Positions 18,392-27,931 of a DNA stretch of 64,000 nt are shown here, piece after piece (position 1 is the stretch's first letter; every line of letters begins with the position of its first letter). This stretch comes from Candidatus Omnitrophota bacterium. GTDB lineage: Bacteria; Omnitrophota; Gorgyraeia; Duberdicusellales; 4484-171. Where the stretch lies: the NCBI GenBank assembly GCA_021735655.1, contig JAIPGM010000008.1, positions 5,922 through 69,921 on the forward strand, read 5' to 3'. A program made the position numbers and the translations under genes. The notes below the pieces were generated by a model. The model had not been told where the DNA came from and searched no databases. It was given only the letters and a program-made list of their open reading frames with translations.

Positions 18392-19967
18392 GGGTTTAGT
18401 AAAAATAATTGTTTCTCGGACCATACCAGCCGATATTCCTAGTATAGTTCGGGCCCTAAGCAAAGTTGAAGAATTCCCTGAATATATAGCGACAATTAAA
18501 CAGGCCTCAATAATAGAAAAATCCCGTAACAAGATGAAAACGAAATGGCTTGTTCAGGTTGACCATGTCCCAATAAGTTGGATAGAGGAAGACACTTTAA
18601 ATCTTATAAAAAATACGATTACTTTTAAAGCCGTCGAAGGGGATTTGCAAGAATTTAAGGGGGAGTGGAAGTTTCAGGCTAAGCCTGAAGGAACCTTGGT
18701 TACTGTGACTGCTTATTTAAGAATCGACATACCAGCGATAAAAGATTTCGTTAATACTTATGTAGAAAAGATGCTAGTTAAGAATTTTACGGCGATATTA
18801 AAAGGTATCGAGAAGCGTTTAATTTCAATAAGATATAAAGGCCAGGGAAAAGATGAGATTAAAAAGATAGCCGGATTTGGAATCATTGGCCATTTGTATA
18901 ATTTTTATCATTTGGAAAAGTGCCTTAAGATGCTCAACCCTGACTTTAAGATGCCTTCACGAGAATTTTTGGGAAATCTGTTTAACGTTACTCCTTCGTT
19001 CAAGCTTTACGATATAGTAGACTTTAAGTCTAAATCCGGAGGTAGCGTTGATGGATGTTTCATTGTTGCCACTTTTATTCCTGATTTAATTGAAAAAGAT
19101 ATCTGGTCGATATTTTCGAAGGTGGTCCGGGCCTGTAAGATTGCTGAGAAACACGGGGTTGGTATAGTTACCTTAGGTGGCTTTACTTCGATTGTTGCCG
19201 AGCGGATTGGTCAGGCAATTAGTGAACAGGTTAACGTTCCGATTACCACTGGAAATACCTTTACTGCCGCAATGACCTTAGAAGGAGTTTATCGGGCGGT
19301 TAGAGCTTTAAATTTAGATATTGGTTCGTTAAAGGTAGCTATCGTTGGCGGGACCGGAGACATTGGAAGTGCTTGTGCTCGAGTTTTAGCTGATCAGGTC
19401 AAACAATTGTCTATAACTGGTAGGACCAAAGCTAATTTAAAACAGCTTAAACAAGAACTTAGCAAAAAGCATAAAGCCAGGATAGTTGCAACTACTAATA
19501 ATAAAAAGGCAGTAAGTGATGCTGATGTAATTATTGCTGCAGCTAGTGCTACCGAGTCAATACTTTCGATAGATTGGTTTAAGCCAGGGGCGATAATTTG
19601 CGATGTCGGCTACCCAAAGAATATTTCTTATGCCCAGACCGAAAGAGATGATATTCTTATTTTTTCTGGAGGTCTAGCTCGGAGCCCTAGTTCAATTAAG
19701 CTTCCGATTGATTTAGGCTTACCGAACTCGGAAGTTATCTATGGTTGTTTTGCTGAGGCGATTATTTTGTCTTTAGAAAAGCGTTATGAAAACTACAGTT
19801 TTGGTCGGGGAAATATTACTCCTGAGAAAATTAAAGAAATAAAAGAGCTAGGAGAAAAACACGGCTTTGAAGTTTCCCGATTCTGGTGGGGTGACAGGCT
19901 GCTCGATCAAGCGGCTATCGACAGAATAAAAGAAAGAGTTAATCTTGGAAAAGAACAACTAATATAA
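18381..19967 (+). CDS. Fusion protein: N-terminal SRPBCC (polyketide cyclase/START-like) domain + C-terminal acyl-ACP reductase (cyanobacterial AAR family)
   Basis: aa 1-150 SRPBCC-like. aa ~165-528 matches recalled AAR blocks: GIIGHL, LGGFTSI, TTGNTFTA, IVGGTGDIGSA, DVGYPKN, putative catalytic Cys in YGCFAEAI, NYSFGRGNIT, HGFE. Confidence 0.7.
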   Translation: MKNKGLVKIIVSRTIPADIPSIVRALSKVEEFPEYIATIKQASIIEKSRNKMKTKWLVQVDHVPISWIEEDTLNLIKNTITFKAVEGDLQEFKGEWKFQAKPEGTLVTVTAYLRIDIPAIKDFVNTYVEKMLVKNFTAILKGIEKRLISIRYKGQGKDEIKKIAGFGIIGHLYNFYHLEKCLKMLNPDFKMPSREFLGNLFNVTPSFKLYDIVDFKSKSGGSVDGCFIVATFIPDLIEKDIWSIFSKVVRACKIAEKHGVGIVTLGGFTSIVAERIGQAISEQVNVPITTGNTFTAAMTLEGVYRAVRALNLDIGSLKVAIVGGTGDIGSACARVLADQVKQLSITGRTKANLKQLKQELSKKHKARIVATTNNKKAVSDADVIIAAASATESILSIDWFKPGAIICDVGYPKNISYAQTERDDILIFSGGLARSPSSIKLPIDLGLPNSEVIYGCFAEAIILSLEKRYENYSFGRGNITPEKIKEIKELGEKHGFEVSRFWWGDRLLDQAAIDRIKERVNLGKEQLI

Positions 19968-19977
19968 GCTAAAGTTT

Positions 19978-20976
19978 ATGAAAGTGCTAGTTACCGGAGC
20001 TGACGGGTTTTTAGGTTCAAATCTGATTAGGCATTTGCTTGTTGCCGGGCATAAGGTTAAGGCCTTGATCCACAGTGATAAGGATTACGATGCTTTAAGC
20101 GGGCTTAAGGTTGATAAGTTAAAAGGCGACGTCCTTAGTCCAAAGTCGATTGATAAGGCAATGGCTGGGATTGATGCTGTATTCCATCTAGCCTCTTTAT
20201 ATAAGTTTTATCCTTGGTGGCAGAAAAAGGCTGGTCAGATCTATAAAGTAAATGTTCAAGGCACAAGAAATGTTTTAAAAGCCGCCAAAAAAAACAATAT
20301 CAAACGTTTTATTTTTACCAGCAGTATTGCTTCTTTAGGTAAACAGCTTGGTAAAAAACCGAGCGACGAAACAACCGTGCTTAATCTAAAAAGTAGAATT
20401 AGTCACTATGCCCGTTCAAAAGTATTAGCTGAAAATGAAGTTTTGAGTTTTGTCAGACAAGGCTTACCGGCAATAATTTTAAATCCAGCAGCTTTAATCG
20501 GTGAACGTGATTTTAAGCCAACCCCAACCGGTCAGATGATTATAGATTTTTTAAATCATAAGCTTCCGGTGACTTTTAATGGGATGATACCGTTGGCTGA
20601 TGTTGATGATGTAGCTAGGGCTCACCTGGTAGCTCTTGATAGGGGTAGAGTCGGTGAGCGTTATATTCTTTGTAATAATCGGGCCTATCCTTTGAAGGAG
20701 TTATTTTATTTAGTTGAGCAAATATCCGGAGTTTCTGCTCCGCGGTTAAAGATACCTTATCCTTTGTTAATGAGTTTTCTTTATTTTGATGAGGTTTTTT
20801 CTTATTTTTTAAAGAAAAGACCGCTTTTATCGAGCTCGGCGGCAAGATTTTTCCGCCGGGCAACGGTATTTGATAATAGTAAGGCAGCCAGGGAGTTGAG
20901 TTATGCGACCACTCCGATTACTACTAGTTTAGAAAAGGCCGTTAACTGGTATAAGGAAAATAGCTATGTCCAATAA
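19978..20976 (+). CDS. NAD-dependent epimerase/dehydratase family (extended SDR) oxidoreductase
   Basis: Rossmann VLVTGADGFLGSNLIRHL; YxxxK in SHYARSK. Confidence 0.75.
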   Translation: MKVLVTGADGFLGSNLIRHLLVAGHKVKALIHSDKDYDALSGLKVDKLKGDVLSPKSIDKAMAGIDAVFHLASLYKFYPWWQKKAGQIYKVNVQGTRNVLKAAKKNNIKRFIFTSSIASLGKQLGKKPSDETTVLNLKSRISHYARSKVLAENEVLSFVRQGLPAIILNPAALIGERDFKPTPTGQMIIDFLNHKLPVTFNGMIPLADVDDVARAHLVALDRGRVGERYILCNNRAYPLKELFYLVEQISGVSAPRLKIPYPLLMSFLYFDEVFSYFLKKRPLLSSSAARFFRRATVFDNSKAARELSYATTPITTSLEKAVNWYKENSYVQ

Positions 20977-21038
20977 TAACAATTATAAGCTATCAAATAT
21001 TTATTGGCTTAGCTTGATCAAGTAGTTAAATAAGCAAT

Positions 21039-23162
21039 ATGTTAGATCTGATTTTTAATCCAGCTAATTATTATTGGAATCCTCATGCGGTTCTCTATCA
21101 TTTAGTAGGAATTCTTACTTTGCTTGAGGGCATTTTTATTTTTAGTCAGAATCGTAAATCCTTAGTAAATTTAGCCTATGGCCTTAGTTGTTTATCAGTT
21201 GCTCTTTGGCTTACCGGAACCGGCATGGCTTTAAACAGTAAACTTGAACTAACTGCTTTAATTTGGACCAGGACTTATTTCTTTTTAGGAGTAATATTTA
21301 ATACTCCTTCGATATACTTTTTTTCAGTTGCTTGGCAGAAATCGCTTTTTCCTCAAGAGGAAAACAAAAAAATAAAAATAGTAATTTTTAACTTTCTTTG
21401 CGGTTTGGGGTTCTATATTTTTTGTCTTAACTCTAATCTTTTTATCCAGGGTTTCTGGAATCATTCCTGGGGGTTTTACCCTAAGGCCGGCAGTCTTTAT
21501 TTTATTTTTGTCGGTTGGGTTTATGCTTTGATGATGCTTATGTTGTTTAATTTCATCCAGGTTTACCGCAAGGGGGGTGATCCGGTTATAAAAAAACAAG
21601 CTAAATTAATGATTATTGCTTTTTCGATTGGCTACCTGGGCACAGCCGAGTTTTTGATGGACTATGGATTTACTCTTTATTTTTTAGCCTTTATTCCGGT
21701 GTTTATCTGTATTACTATTGTCGGTTACAGCGTTATTCGCTATCGGACTATGGATATTGAAACGGTAATCCATAAGACCGCTTTATGGATTTTTTCTTAT
21801 TCGCTTATTGCGGCTCCGATATTTTTTCTCTATAACGGGCTGTCTGAGAAGATTGAGAGTTCTAACTTATTGTTGTTTATTTTTTGGACAGCTAGTTTTT
21901 TGGCGGTTACCGTTTATTTACGGTTAATTCAACCAAAAATTGATCATTTTTTCCAAAGACGTAAAGCTAATTTGGAAGACATTTCTAGTGAATTTACCAA
22001 AAATCTTGTCCATTTAAAGGGTCTTAATCAGCTAATCGAACGCATCAAAGAAACAATCACTAATGCTTTTTATCCGCAGAATATCGATATTTTAATCTAT
22101 GGCCAGGATGATGAAAGATATCAAGATGAGCCATTTTTGCTTTGGTTGGTTAAGAATGACAAAATTGCCTATCGTGATTTTATTGAAATCGATCCGGCTT
22201 ATTCAGCAATTCGTAGCGATGCCAGAAAATATTTCGACTCAGTAGCCGCAGCGGTAGTTGTTCCTTTAGTTTTAAATGAACGTCTTTTGGGGGTAATTAA
22301 TTTAACCAGAAAATCAAACCTAAAACGCTACGCTGCCGTAGATTTTAATTTTTTACGTCTGCTGAAAAACCAGTCGGCAATTGCTATATCTAACTCTTTA
22401 GTTTATGAGAACATTGAAGAGCAGGTTAAAAGGCGGACTGAGGAGTTAGTTGAGGTGCAGAAGCAATTGATTCAGGCTGGAAAATTAGCTACTGTTGGTA
22501 CTTTGGCTGGAGGAGTAGCTCATGAGATAAATAATCCTTTGGCGGCAATTTTAACTAATGCTCAGATGTTGCTTATGTCACCGGATGAGCTCAATGTTGA
22601 GGAGGCCCGTGAATCATTAGAGTTAATCGAAGAGGCGACCAAGCGTTGTCGAACCATCGTCAGAAAATTAATGACCTATGCTCGAAAACCAGTAGAATCA
22701 ACAACAATTTCTAAAATAAACCTTATTGATGTTGTCAATAAGGTGAAAGCCTTCCTTGATTATCAGTTTAAGCAGGAAAATATTCAAATAGTTGTCGTTG
22801 CTGAAACTAGCAACTATCCGGTAGTCGGCAATCAGAATGAGTTAGAGCAGGTGGTAACCAATATAGTTTTAAATGCCAAGGATGCTACGAAGCGGGTTAA
22901 AAAAAGCGGCATTATAGATATATCGTTAATGAGCAATGATGGTTGGATAAGGCTGGATATCAAAGATCAAGGCTCTGGCATTTCAAAAGACCATGCTTTA
23001 AAGATTTTTGACCCCTTTTTTACTACTAAAGACGTAGGAAAGGGGTTAGGTTTGGGTCTTTCAATATCACAGTCGATCATTGAGAAGTATAAGGGTTCGA
23101 TTTTTTTTCATTCTCAGGAAGGTGAGGGCACTATTTTTACCATAAATCTGCCTGAGGCCTGA
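21039..23162 (+). CDS. Sensor histidine kinase (multi-TM N-terminus, GAF-like middle, HisKA + HATPase_c)
   Basis: About 9 N-terminal TM helices; H-box GVAHEINNPLAAI; N-box NAKDA; G-boxes DQGSGI and GLGLGLSIS. Confidence 0.8.
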   Translation: MLDLIFNPANYYWNPHAVLYHLVGILTLLEGIFIFSQNRKSLVNLAYGLSCLSVALWLTGTGMALNSKLELTALIWTRTYFFLGVIFNTPSIYFFSVAWQKSLFPQEENKKIKIVIFNFLCGLGFYIFCLNSNLFIQGFWNHSWGFYPKAGSLYFIFVGWVYALMMLMLFNFIQVYRKGGDPVIKKQAKLMIIAFSIGYLGTAEFLMDYGFTLYFLAFIPVFICITIVGYSVIRYRTMDIETVIHKTALWIFSYSLIAAPIFFLYNGLSEKIESSNLLLFIFWTASFLAVTVYLRLIQPKIDHFFQRRKANLEDISSEFTKNLVHLKGLNQLIERIKETITNAFYPQNIDILIYGQDDERYQDEPFLLWLVKNDKIAYRDFIEIDPAYSAIRSDARKYFDSVAAAVVVPLVLNERLLGVINLTRKSNLKRYAAVDFNFLRLLKNQSAIAISNSLVYENIEEQVKRRTEELVEVQKQLIQAGKLATVGTLAGGVAHEINNPLAAILTNAQMLLMSPDELNVEEARESLELIEEATKRCRTIVRKLMTYARKPVESTTISKINLIDVVNKVKAFLDYQFKQENIQIVVVAETSNYPVVGNQNELEQVVTNIVLNAKDATKRVKKSGIIDISLMSNDGWIRLDIKDQGSGISKDHALKIFDPFFTTKDVGKGLGLGLSISQSIIEKYKGSIFFHSQEGEGTIFTINLPEA

Positions 23163-23223
23163 TAGGCTTGGTCTTTATGCGGTTTTAGTATATAATGTAT
23201 AGATTATAGAAAAAGGTAATAAA

Positions 23224-23670
23224 ATGAATGATTTTTGGGATGTAAATAAAATAAAGAAGGTTTTACCTAAAGACTATCCTTTTCTTTTTATCGATCGGGT
23301 AGTTGAGATTGATTTGGTTGAAAAAAGGATAAAAGGCCTAAAAAATATAACCGTTAATGAGCATTTCTTTTCAAACCACTTTCCTGGTAAACCAATTATA
23401 CCAGGGGCAATTCTGGTTGAGGCAGCCTATCAGGCGAGTATTATTCTTTGTGTTGCTCTTGGTGAGGATAGCCAGTTTAAGATCGATTACTGTTTAGATA
23501 AGGTAGAGGCCAGTTTTTTTAGTAAGGTTAGAGCCGGAGATCAACTTATTTTAGAGGCCAAAGCCGAGAAACTAACAGCTAAAACAGCAGCAGTCAGAGT
23601 GGTTGTTTCAGTAAGTGACAATAAGTGTGCCGAGTTAACTGTTTTTTTAAAGCTAAATAAAGGGGGCTAA
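23224..23670 (+). CDS. FabZ/FabA-like hot-dog 3-hydroxyacyl-ACP dehydratase
   Basis: FFSNHFPGKPIIPGAILVEAAYQ, the FabZ catalytic His region. Confidence 0.7.
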   Translation: MNDFWDVNKIKKVLPKDYPFLFIDRVVEIDLVEKRIKGLKNITVNEHFFSNHFPGKPIIPGAILVEAAYQASIILCVALGEDSQFKIDYCLDKVEASFFSKVRAGDQLILEAKAEKLTAKTAAVRVVVSVSDNKCAELTVFLKLNKGG

Positions 23671-23671
23671 G

Positions 23672-24049
23672 ATGGTTAAAAGAATTTTAATTATTGAAGA
23701 TGAACAGATAATAACTAAAAGTTTACAGCGTTTGCTAAAAAAAGAAGGTTATCAGGTAGAGATTTCTAATAACGGGGCAGATGCTCTTGAGAAAATAAAG
23801 GCTGGAGAGTTTAATTTAATAGTCAGCGACATTAGAATGCCAGATATGGATGGCATTGAGACAATTAAAGCTATTCGAAAGTCTCTCACCGAGCAGGGCA
23901 AGCCTTTGATTCCTGAGATATTAATTACCGGTTATGCTGATGAGTCTAAATATCAGGAAGCTTTGGAGCTAAAAGTTGCCGATTACCTCTATAAACCTTT
24001 TGACATTAAAGATTTCCTAGAGGCAGTTAGGAGAAATATCAATGCTTAA
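23672..24049 (+). CDS. Single-domain response regulator receiver
   Basis: ILIIEDE, LIVSDIRMPDMDG, conserved K in YLYKP. Confidence 0.8.
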   Translation: MVKRILIIEDEQIITKSLQRLLKKEGYQVEISNNGADALEKIKAGEFNLIVSDIRMPDMDGIETIKAIRKSLTEQGKPLIPEILITGYADESKYQEALELKVADYLYKPFDIKDFLEAVRRNINA

Positions 24050-24779
24050 AGGAAAAACTGCAATTATTAGCGGAGCCAGCCGTGGCATTGGCCGGGCTAT
24101 TGCAATGAAATTAGCCACCGAAGGTGCAAATATATCTTTTAGTTATTTAAACAGCAAAGTTGCTGCTGATAAATTAGAAAATGAGATCAATTCGCTGGGT
24201 GTAAAAGCTAAGGGCTATCAATTAGATATAAAGGATTTTGACTCAGTAAGTAAGTGGGTCAGTGATACTAAGGAAAGTTTCGGTGGTTTAGACATCATAG
24301 TTAATAATGCCGGAATTATTATTGATAAAGCTCTGGCCTTGATGGAACACTCAGATTGGAAGAGTGTTTTAGATACTAATTTAGGCGGTTTATTTAACTT
24401 AACCCGGGCAGCAATTATAACTTTAATAAAACAAAGGTCCGGTCAAATTATTAACATTACTTCGGTAACCGGAATGGTCGGGATGGCTCGTCAGACGAAT
24501 TATGCGGCAACTAAGGCCGGAATCATCGGCTTTACCAAGTCTTTGGCCAGAGAAGTTGGTTCTTATAATATAAGAGTTAATGCGATTGCTCCGGGCTTTA
24601 TTGAAACTGATATGCTCAGCGGCCTAAAAGATAAATATCGAGAAGATGTCACTCAACAAATTCCTTTGCGGCGGTTTGGCAAGCCTGAAGAAGTCGCTGG
24701 TTTGGTAAGTTTTTTGGCTAGTGAAAAAGCAGACTATATTACCGGCCAGGTAATAGTTGTTGATGGCGGGATGACTTAA
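24042..24779 (+). CDS. fabG: 3-oxoacyl-ACP reductase (FabG-type SDR)
   Basis: GASRGIGRAIA, NNAG, YAATKAG catalytic YxxxK. Confidence 0.85.
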   Translation: MLKGKTAIISGASRGIGRAIAMKLATEGANISFSYLNSKVAADKLENEINSLGVKAKGYQLDIKDFDSVSKWVSDTKESFGGLDIIVNNAGIIIDKALALMEHSDWKSVLDTNLGGLFNLTRAAIITLIKQRSGQIINITSVTGMVGMARQTNYAATKAGIIGFTKSLAREVGSYNIRVNAIAPGFIETDMLSGLKDKYREDVTQQIPLRRFGKPEEVAGLVSFLASEKADYITGQVIVVDGGMT

Positions 24780-24782
24780 TTT

Positions 24783-26015
24783 ATGGATAAAACTGTTGTT
24801 GTAACTGGAGTCGGCGTACTTTCTCCAAACGGGATTGGCAAAGCTGCTTTTTGGCAGGCCTTAAAAGATGGTAAGTCGGGAATTAAGCCGATTACTATTT
24901 TTAATCCTGGTTTTTTTAAGAGTAAACAAGCCGGAGAGATATCTGATTTTAAGGCTGAGGAGTTTTTAGGGACAAAAGGACTTCAAAATACCGATCGAGC
25001 TACTAAATTAGTTTGTTCAGCCTCAAAGTTGGCCCTGGAGGATTCAGAGTTAAATATCACTGAGCGAAACACCGACAATATTGGAGTAGTTACCGGGACC
25101 ACACTTTCATTATGGAATATTGCTGAATTGAGTCGGGAAATGGTTGAAGACGGCCCGCAATTTGTTACTGCCGGAATTTTTCCCGGAACTACCATAAATA
25201 GCGCATCGAGCCAGATATCAATTCGTCATAAGATTAAAGGTTTTAATACTACGATTTCAACCGGCTATACTGCGAGCCTAGATGCTCTTAAATATGCTAC
25301 AAATTTCATTAAGCTTGGCCGAGCAAAGGCAGTTTTAGTCGCTGGAGTTGAAGGTTTAACTTTTGCCGGGTTTACTGGTTTTTATAAGATTGGTTTTTTA
25401 GCCGGCATAAAGGGGGAGGAAATATCCTGTCCTTTTGATAAAAGAAGGAATGGAATCGTTTTAGCTGAGGCAGCAGTAGTTTTAGTTGTTGAAGATGCTG
25501 AGCACGCTGAGGCCAGAGGAGCTAAGATTTATGCTGAGCTAGCTGCCATTGAGAATTCATTTGATGCTTTTCGGGCTGCTAAATATGAGCCTCAGGCTAG
25601 TGGTTTAAAAAGAACGATGCTTAAAGCTTTAAAGTCAGCTAAGCTGCATGGGGAAGATATTGATTATGTTTCTTCAGCGGCTAATTCAGTTCCTCAGCAG
25701 GATGCTTTAGAGACTATGGCAATAAAGGAAGTTTTTAATATTTATGCTGAGAAGACTCCGGTAAGCGCAATTAAGTCAATGGTTGGTGAGTCGGTGAGTG
25801 CCGGAGGAATCATGCAACTGACAGCCGCTTTAGGTTCCCTTGAAGAAGGGTTTATCCCGCCGACAATAAATTATCGAGAAAAAGATCCTGAATGTGACCT
25901 TGACTACGTAGTTAATCAGGCTAGATCGCAAGAAGTAAACAATATATTAGTGAATAATTTTGGTCCTGGCGGCAATAATGCCACGGTTGTCGTCAAAAAA
26001 TACGGAGGTGTATAG
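24783..26015 (+). CDS. Ketosynthase-like chain-length-factor (KS-beta / ApeC-like), catalytically inactive
   Basis: Thiolase fold, but active-site Cys replaced (ISTGYTASLDA) and both His positions lost (SAANSVPQQD; KSMVGESVSAGG). Confidence 0.7.
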   Translation: MDKTVVVTGVGVLSPNGIGKAAFWQALKDGKSGIKPITIFNPGFFKSKQAGEISDFKAEEFLGTKGLQNTDRATKLVCSASKLALEDSELNITERNTDNIGVVTGTTLSLWNIAELSREMVEDGPQFVTAGIFPGTTINSASSQISIRHKIKGFNTTISTGYTASLDALKYATNFIKLGRAKAVLVAGVEGLTFAGFTGFYKIGFLAGIKGEEISCPFDKRRNGIVLAEAAVVLVVEDAEHAEARGAKIYAELAAIENSFDAFRAAKYEPQASGLKRTMLKALKSAKLHGEDIDYVSSAANSVPQQDALETMAIKEVFNIYAEKTPVSAIKSMVGESVSAGGIMQLTAALGSLEEGFIPPTINYREKDPECDLDYVVNQARSQEVNNILVNNFGPGGNNATVVVKKYGGV

Positions 26016-26266
26016 TGGTACCCGAAGATTTAGGAAAACAAATTAAGGATATAGTCGCAAGAGTTATTGAAATTGAGCTTGATCAGGTTACTCCCGATGC
26101 TGACTTTATTAATGATTTGGGAGTAGATTCTTTGAAGGCAATTGAGATTACCGGAGCCATTGAGAAAGCCTTTCGGGTAGTTGTGCCGGAAGAAAAGATT
26201 CGTGATATTCGCACCCTTAACCAGGCGATCAGTTTAACTCAGCAGCTGCTCCAAGCAAAAGGATAA
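26015..26266 (+). CDS. Acyl carrier protein
   Basis: 83 aa; phosphopantetheine attachment LGVDSLKAIEI. Confidence 0.8.
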   Translation: MVPEDLGKQIKDIVARVIEIELDQVTPDADFINDLGVDSLKAIEITGAIEKAFRVVVPEEKIRDIRTLNQAISLTQQLLQAKG

Positions 26267-26268
26267 GA

Positions 26269-26718
26269 TTGAAAATGACTTGGGATAAAGAAAAAGTAAA
26301 GTCTATTCTGCCGCAAAGAGAACCTTTTTTATTTATTGATGAGGTAATTGAGGTAGATGAAGGTAAAAGAATAGTTGCTAAGAAGTATCTTGATCCTAAA
26401 GCTGATTTTTTCAAGGGGCATTTTCCCGGTAATCCGGTTATGCCTGGGGTTTTAACTATTGAAGCTATGGCTCAGGCGGCAATATTAGTTTATTCAACCG
26501 CAAAACCAGAAATAGCCAAGAAGAGGCCAGATTATTATTTTGGTAGCGTTAAGGCAAAGTTTAAATTGCCAGTTTTTCCTAATGAAACATTAATTTTAGA
26601 GGCCGAAATTATTAAAGTTACTGATTTTGGCGGAGTAGTAGATACAATTGCCAGAGTAAAAGATAAAGTAGTAGCTCAAGCAAGCAGTACTTTTGGGGTG
26701 AAGTTGAGAGATGAATAA
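26269..26718 (+). CDS. FabZ-like 3-hydroxyacyl-ACP dehydratase
   Basis: FFKGHFPGNPVMPGVLTIEAMAQA canonical FabZ motif. Confidence 0.8.
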   Translation: MKMTWDKEKVKSILPQREPFLFIDEVIEVDEGKRIVAKKYLDPKADFFKGHFPGNPVMPGVLTIEAMAQAAILVYSTAKPEIAKKRPDYYFGSVKAKFKLPVFPNETLILEAEIIKVTDFGGVVDTIARVKDKVVAQASSTFGVKLRDE

Positions 26719-27931
26719 CGATAGACGAGTAGTGGTAACTGGTATTGGGGTAATCTCAGCAGTTGGTAATGGCAAAGAGACTTTCTGGAAAGCAATCAAG
26801 GAGGGAAAGTCCGGAATAAGCGAAATTACTTCAATGGATACTTCAGTTTATAAGTGCCACTTAGGTGGTGAGGTGAAGGATTTTAATCCTGAAGAGTTTA
26901 TTCCTAAGCGGAGAATAAAATTTCTTGGGAGATCTTCTCAACTAGCCATAGCTGCATCAAGTCTCGCTTTAAAAGATGCTAAGCTTGACTATAAAAGCAC
27001 TGAAAGAAAGGAAATGGGGGTTATTGTTGGGACAACTACTGGCGAACGACCCTTGGAGGAGCTTTTAGCCTCTTGGGCTAAGGGTGGCTTTAAAGATGTT
27101 GACCGGGCAAAAGTATTTCAAGCCACAGTGAATAATATTTCGGCTAATGTTGGAATAGAGTTTAAGGCTCGAGGGGTAAATTATCTTATTCCTACGGCTT
27201 GCGCTGCCGGAAATTACGCAATCGGTTGTGGATTTGATTTAATTAGAAGTGGGGATTTAAACTTTGCTTTAGTTGGCGGAGCCGATGCTTTTTCTAAATT
27301 TGCTTTTACCGGGTTTCAAAGGATTTATGCTATGAGCCCTGACTTTATGCGTCCTTTTGATAAAAATAGAAGAGGGATGATGCAGGGGGAAGGTTCGGGA
27401 ATGCTTCTCCTAGAGTCTTACAAATCAGCTAAGAAAAGAGGTGCTGATATCTATGCTGAGGTTTTAGGCTATGGCTTATCTTGTGATGCTTATCATGCGA
27501 CAGCACCTGATCCAAAAGGAATAGCTAAAGTTATGGAGAAGGCCTTAGCTGAGACCGGCCTAACCTATAAAGATGTAGATTATATTTGTGCTCATGGAAC
27601 CGGAACCGGTCCAAATGATAAGGCCGAGTGCATAGGTATTAAGGCGGTTTTTAAAGAACGCTCTAAAGAGATTATGGTTAGTTCAATAAAATCTATGCTT
27701 GGTCATGCTATGGGGGCAGCTTCGGCAATTGAAGCAGCTGCTTGTTGCCTAGCGGTCAAAGATGATATCGCGCCGCCAACCATAAACTATGAGACCCCTG
27801 ATCCTGATTGTGACATAGATTGTGTCCCGAATAAAGCCAGAAAGGCAAAGATTAATGTAGCCCTTAATAATGGTTTTGCTTTTGGCGGTAACAATGCCTG
27901 CGTGGTTATTAAAAAAATAGAAGATGCCTAA
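26711..27931 (+). CDS. Beta-ketoacyl-ACP synthase (KAS I/II-type, Cys-His-His)
   Basis: Active Cys TACAAGNYA; His AHGTGTGPND; His KSMLGHAMGAAS; C-terminal GFAFGGNNA. Confidence 0.85.
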   Translation: MNNDRRVVVTGIGVISAVGNGKETFWKAIKEGKSGISEITSMDTSVYKCHLGGEVKDFNPEEFIPKRRIKFLGRSSQLAIAASSLALKDAKLDYKSTERKEMGVIVGTTTGERPLEELLASWAKGGFKDVDRAKVFQATVNNISANVGIEFKARGVNYLIPTACAAGNYAIGCGFDLIRSGDLNFALVGGADAFSKFAFTGFQRIYAMSPDFMRPFDKNRRGMMQGEGSGMLLLESYKSAKKRGADIYAEVLGYGLSCDAYHATAPDPKGIAKVMEKALAETGLTYKDVDYICAHGTGTGPNDKAECIGIKAVFKERSKEIMVSSIKSMLGHAMGAASAIEAAACCLAVKDDIAPPTINYETPDPDCDIDCVPNKARKAKINVALNNGFAFGGNNACVVIKKIEDA

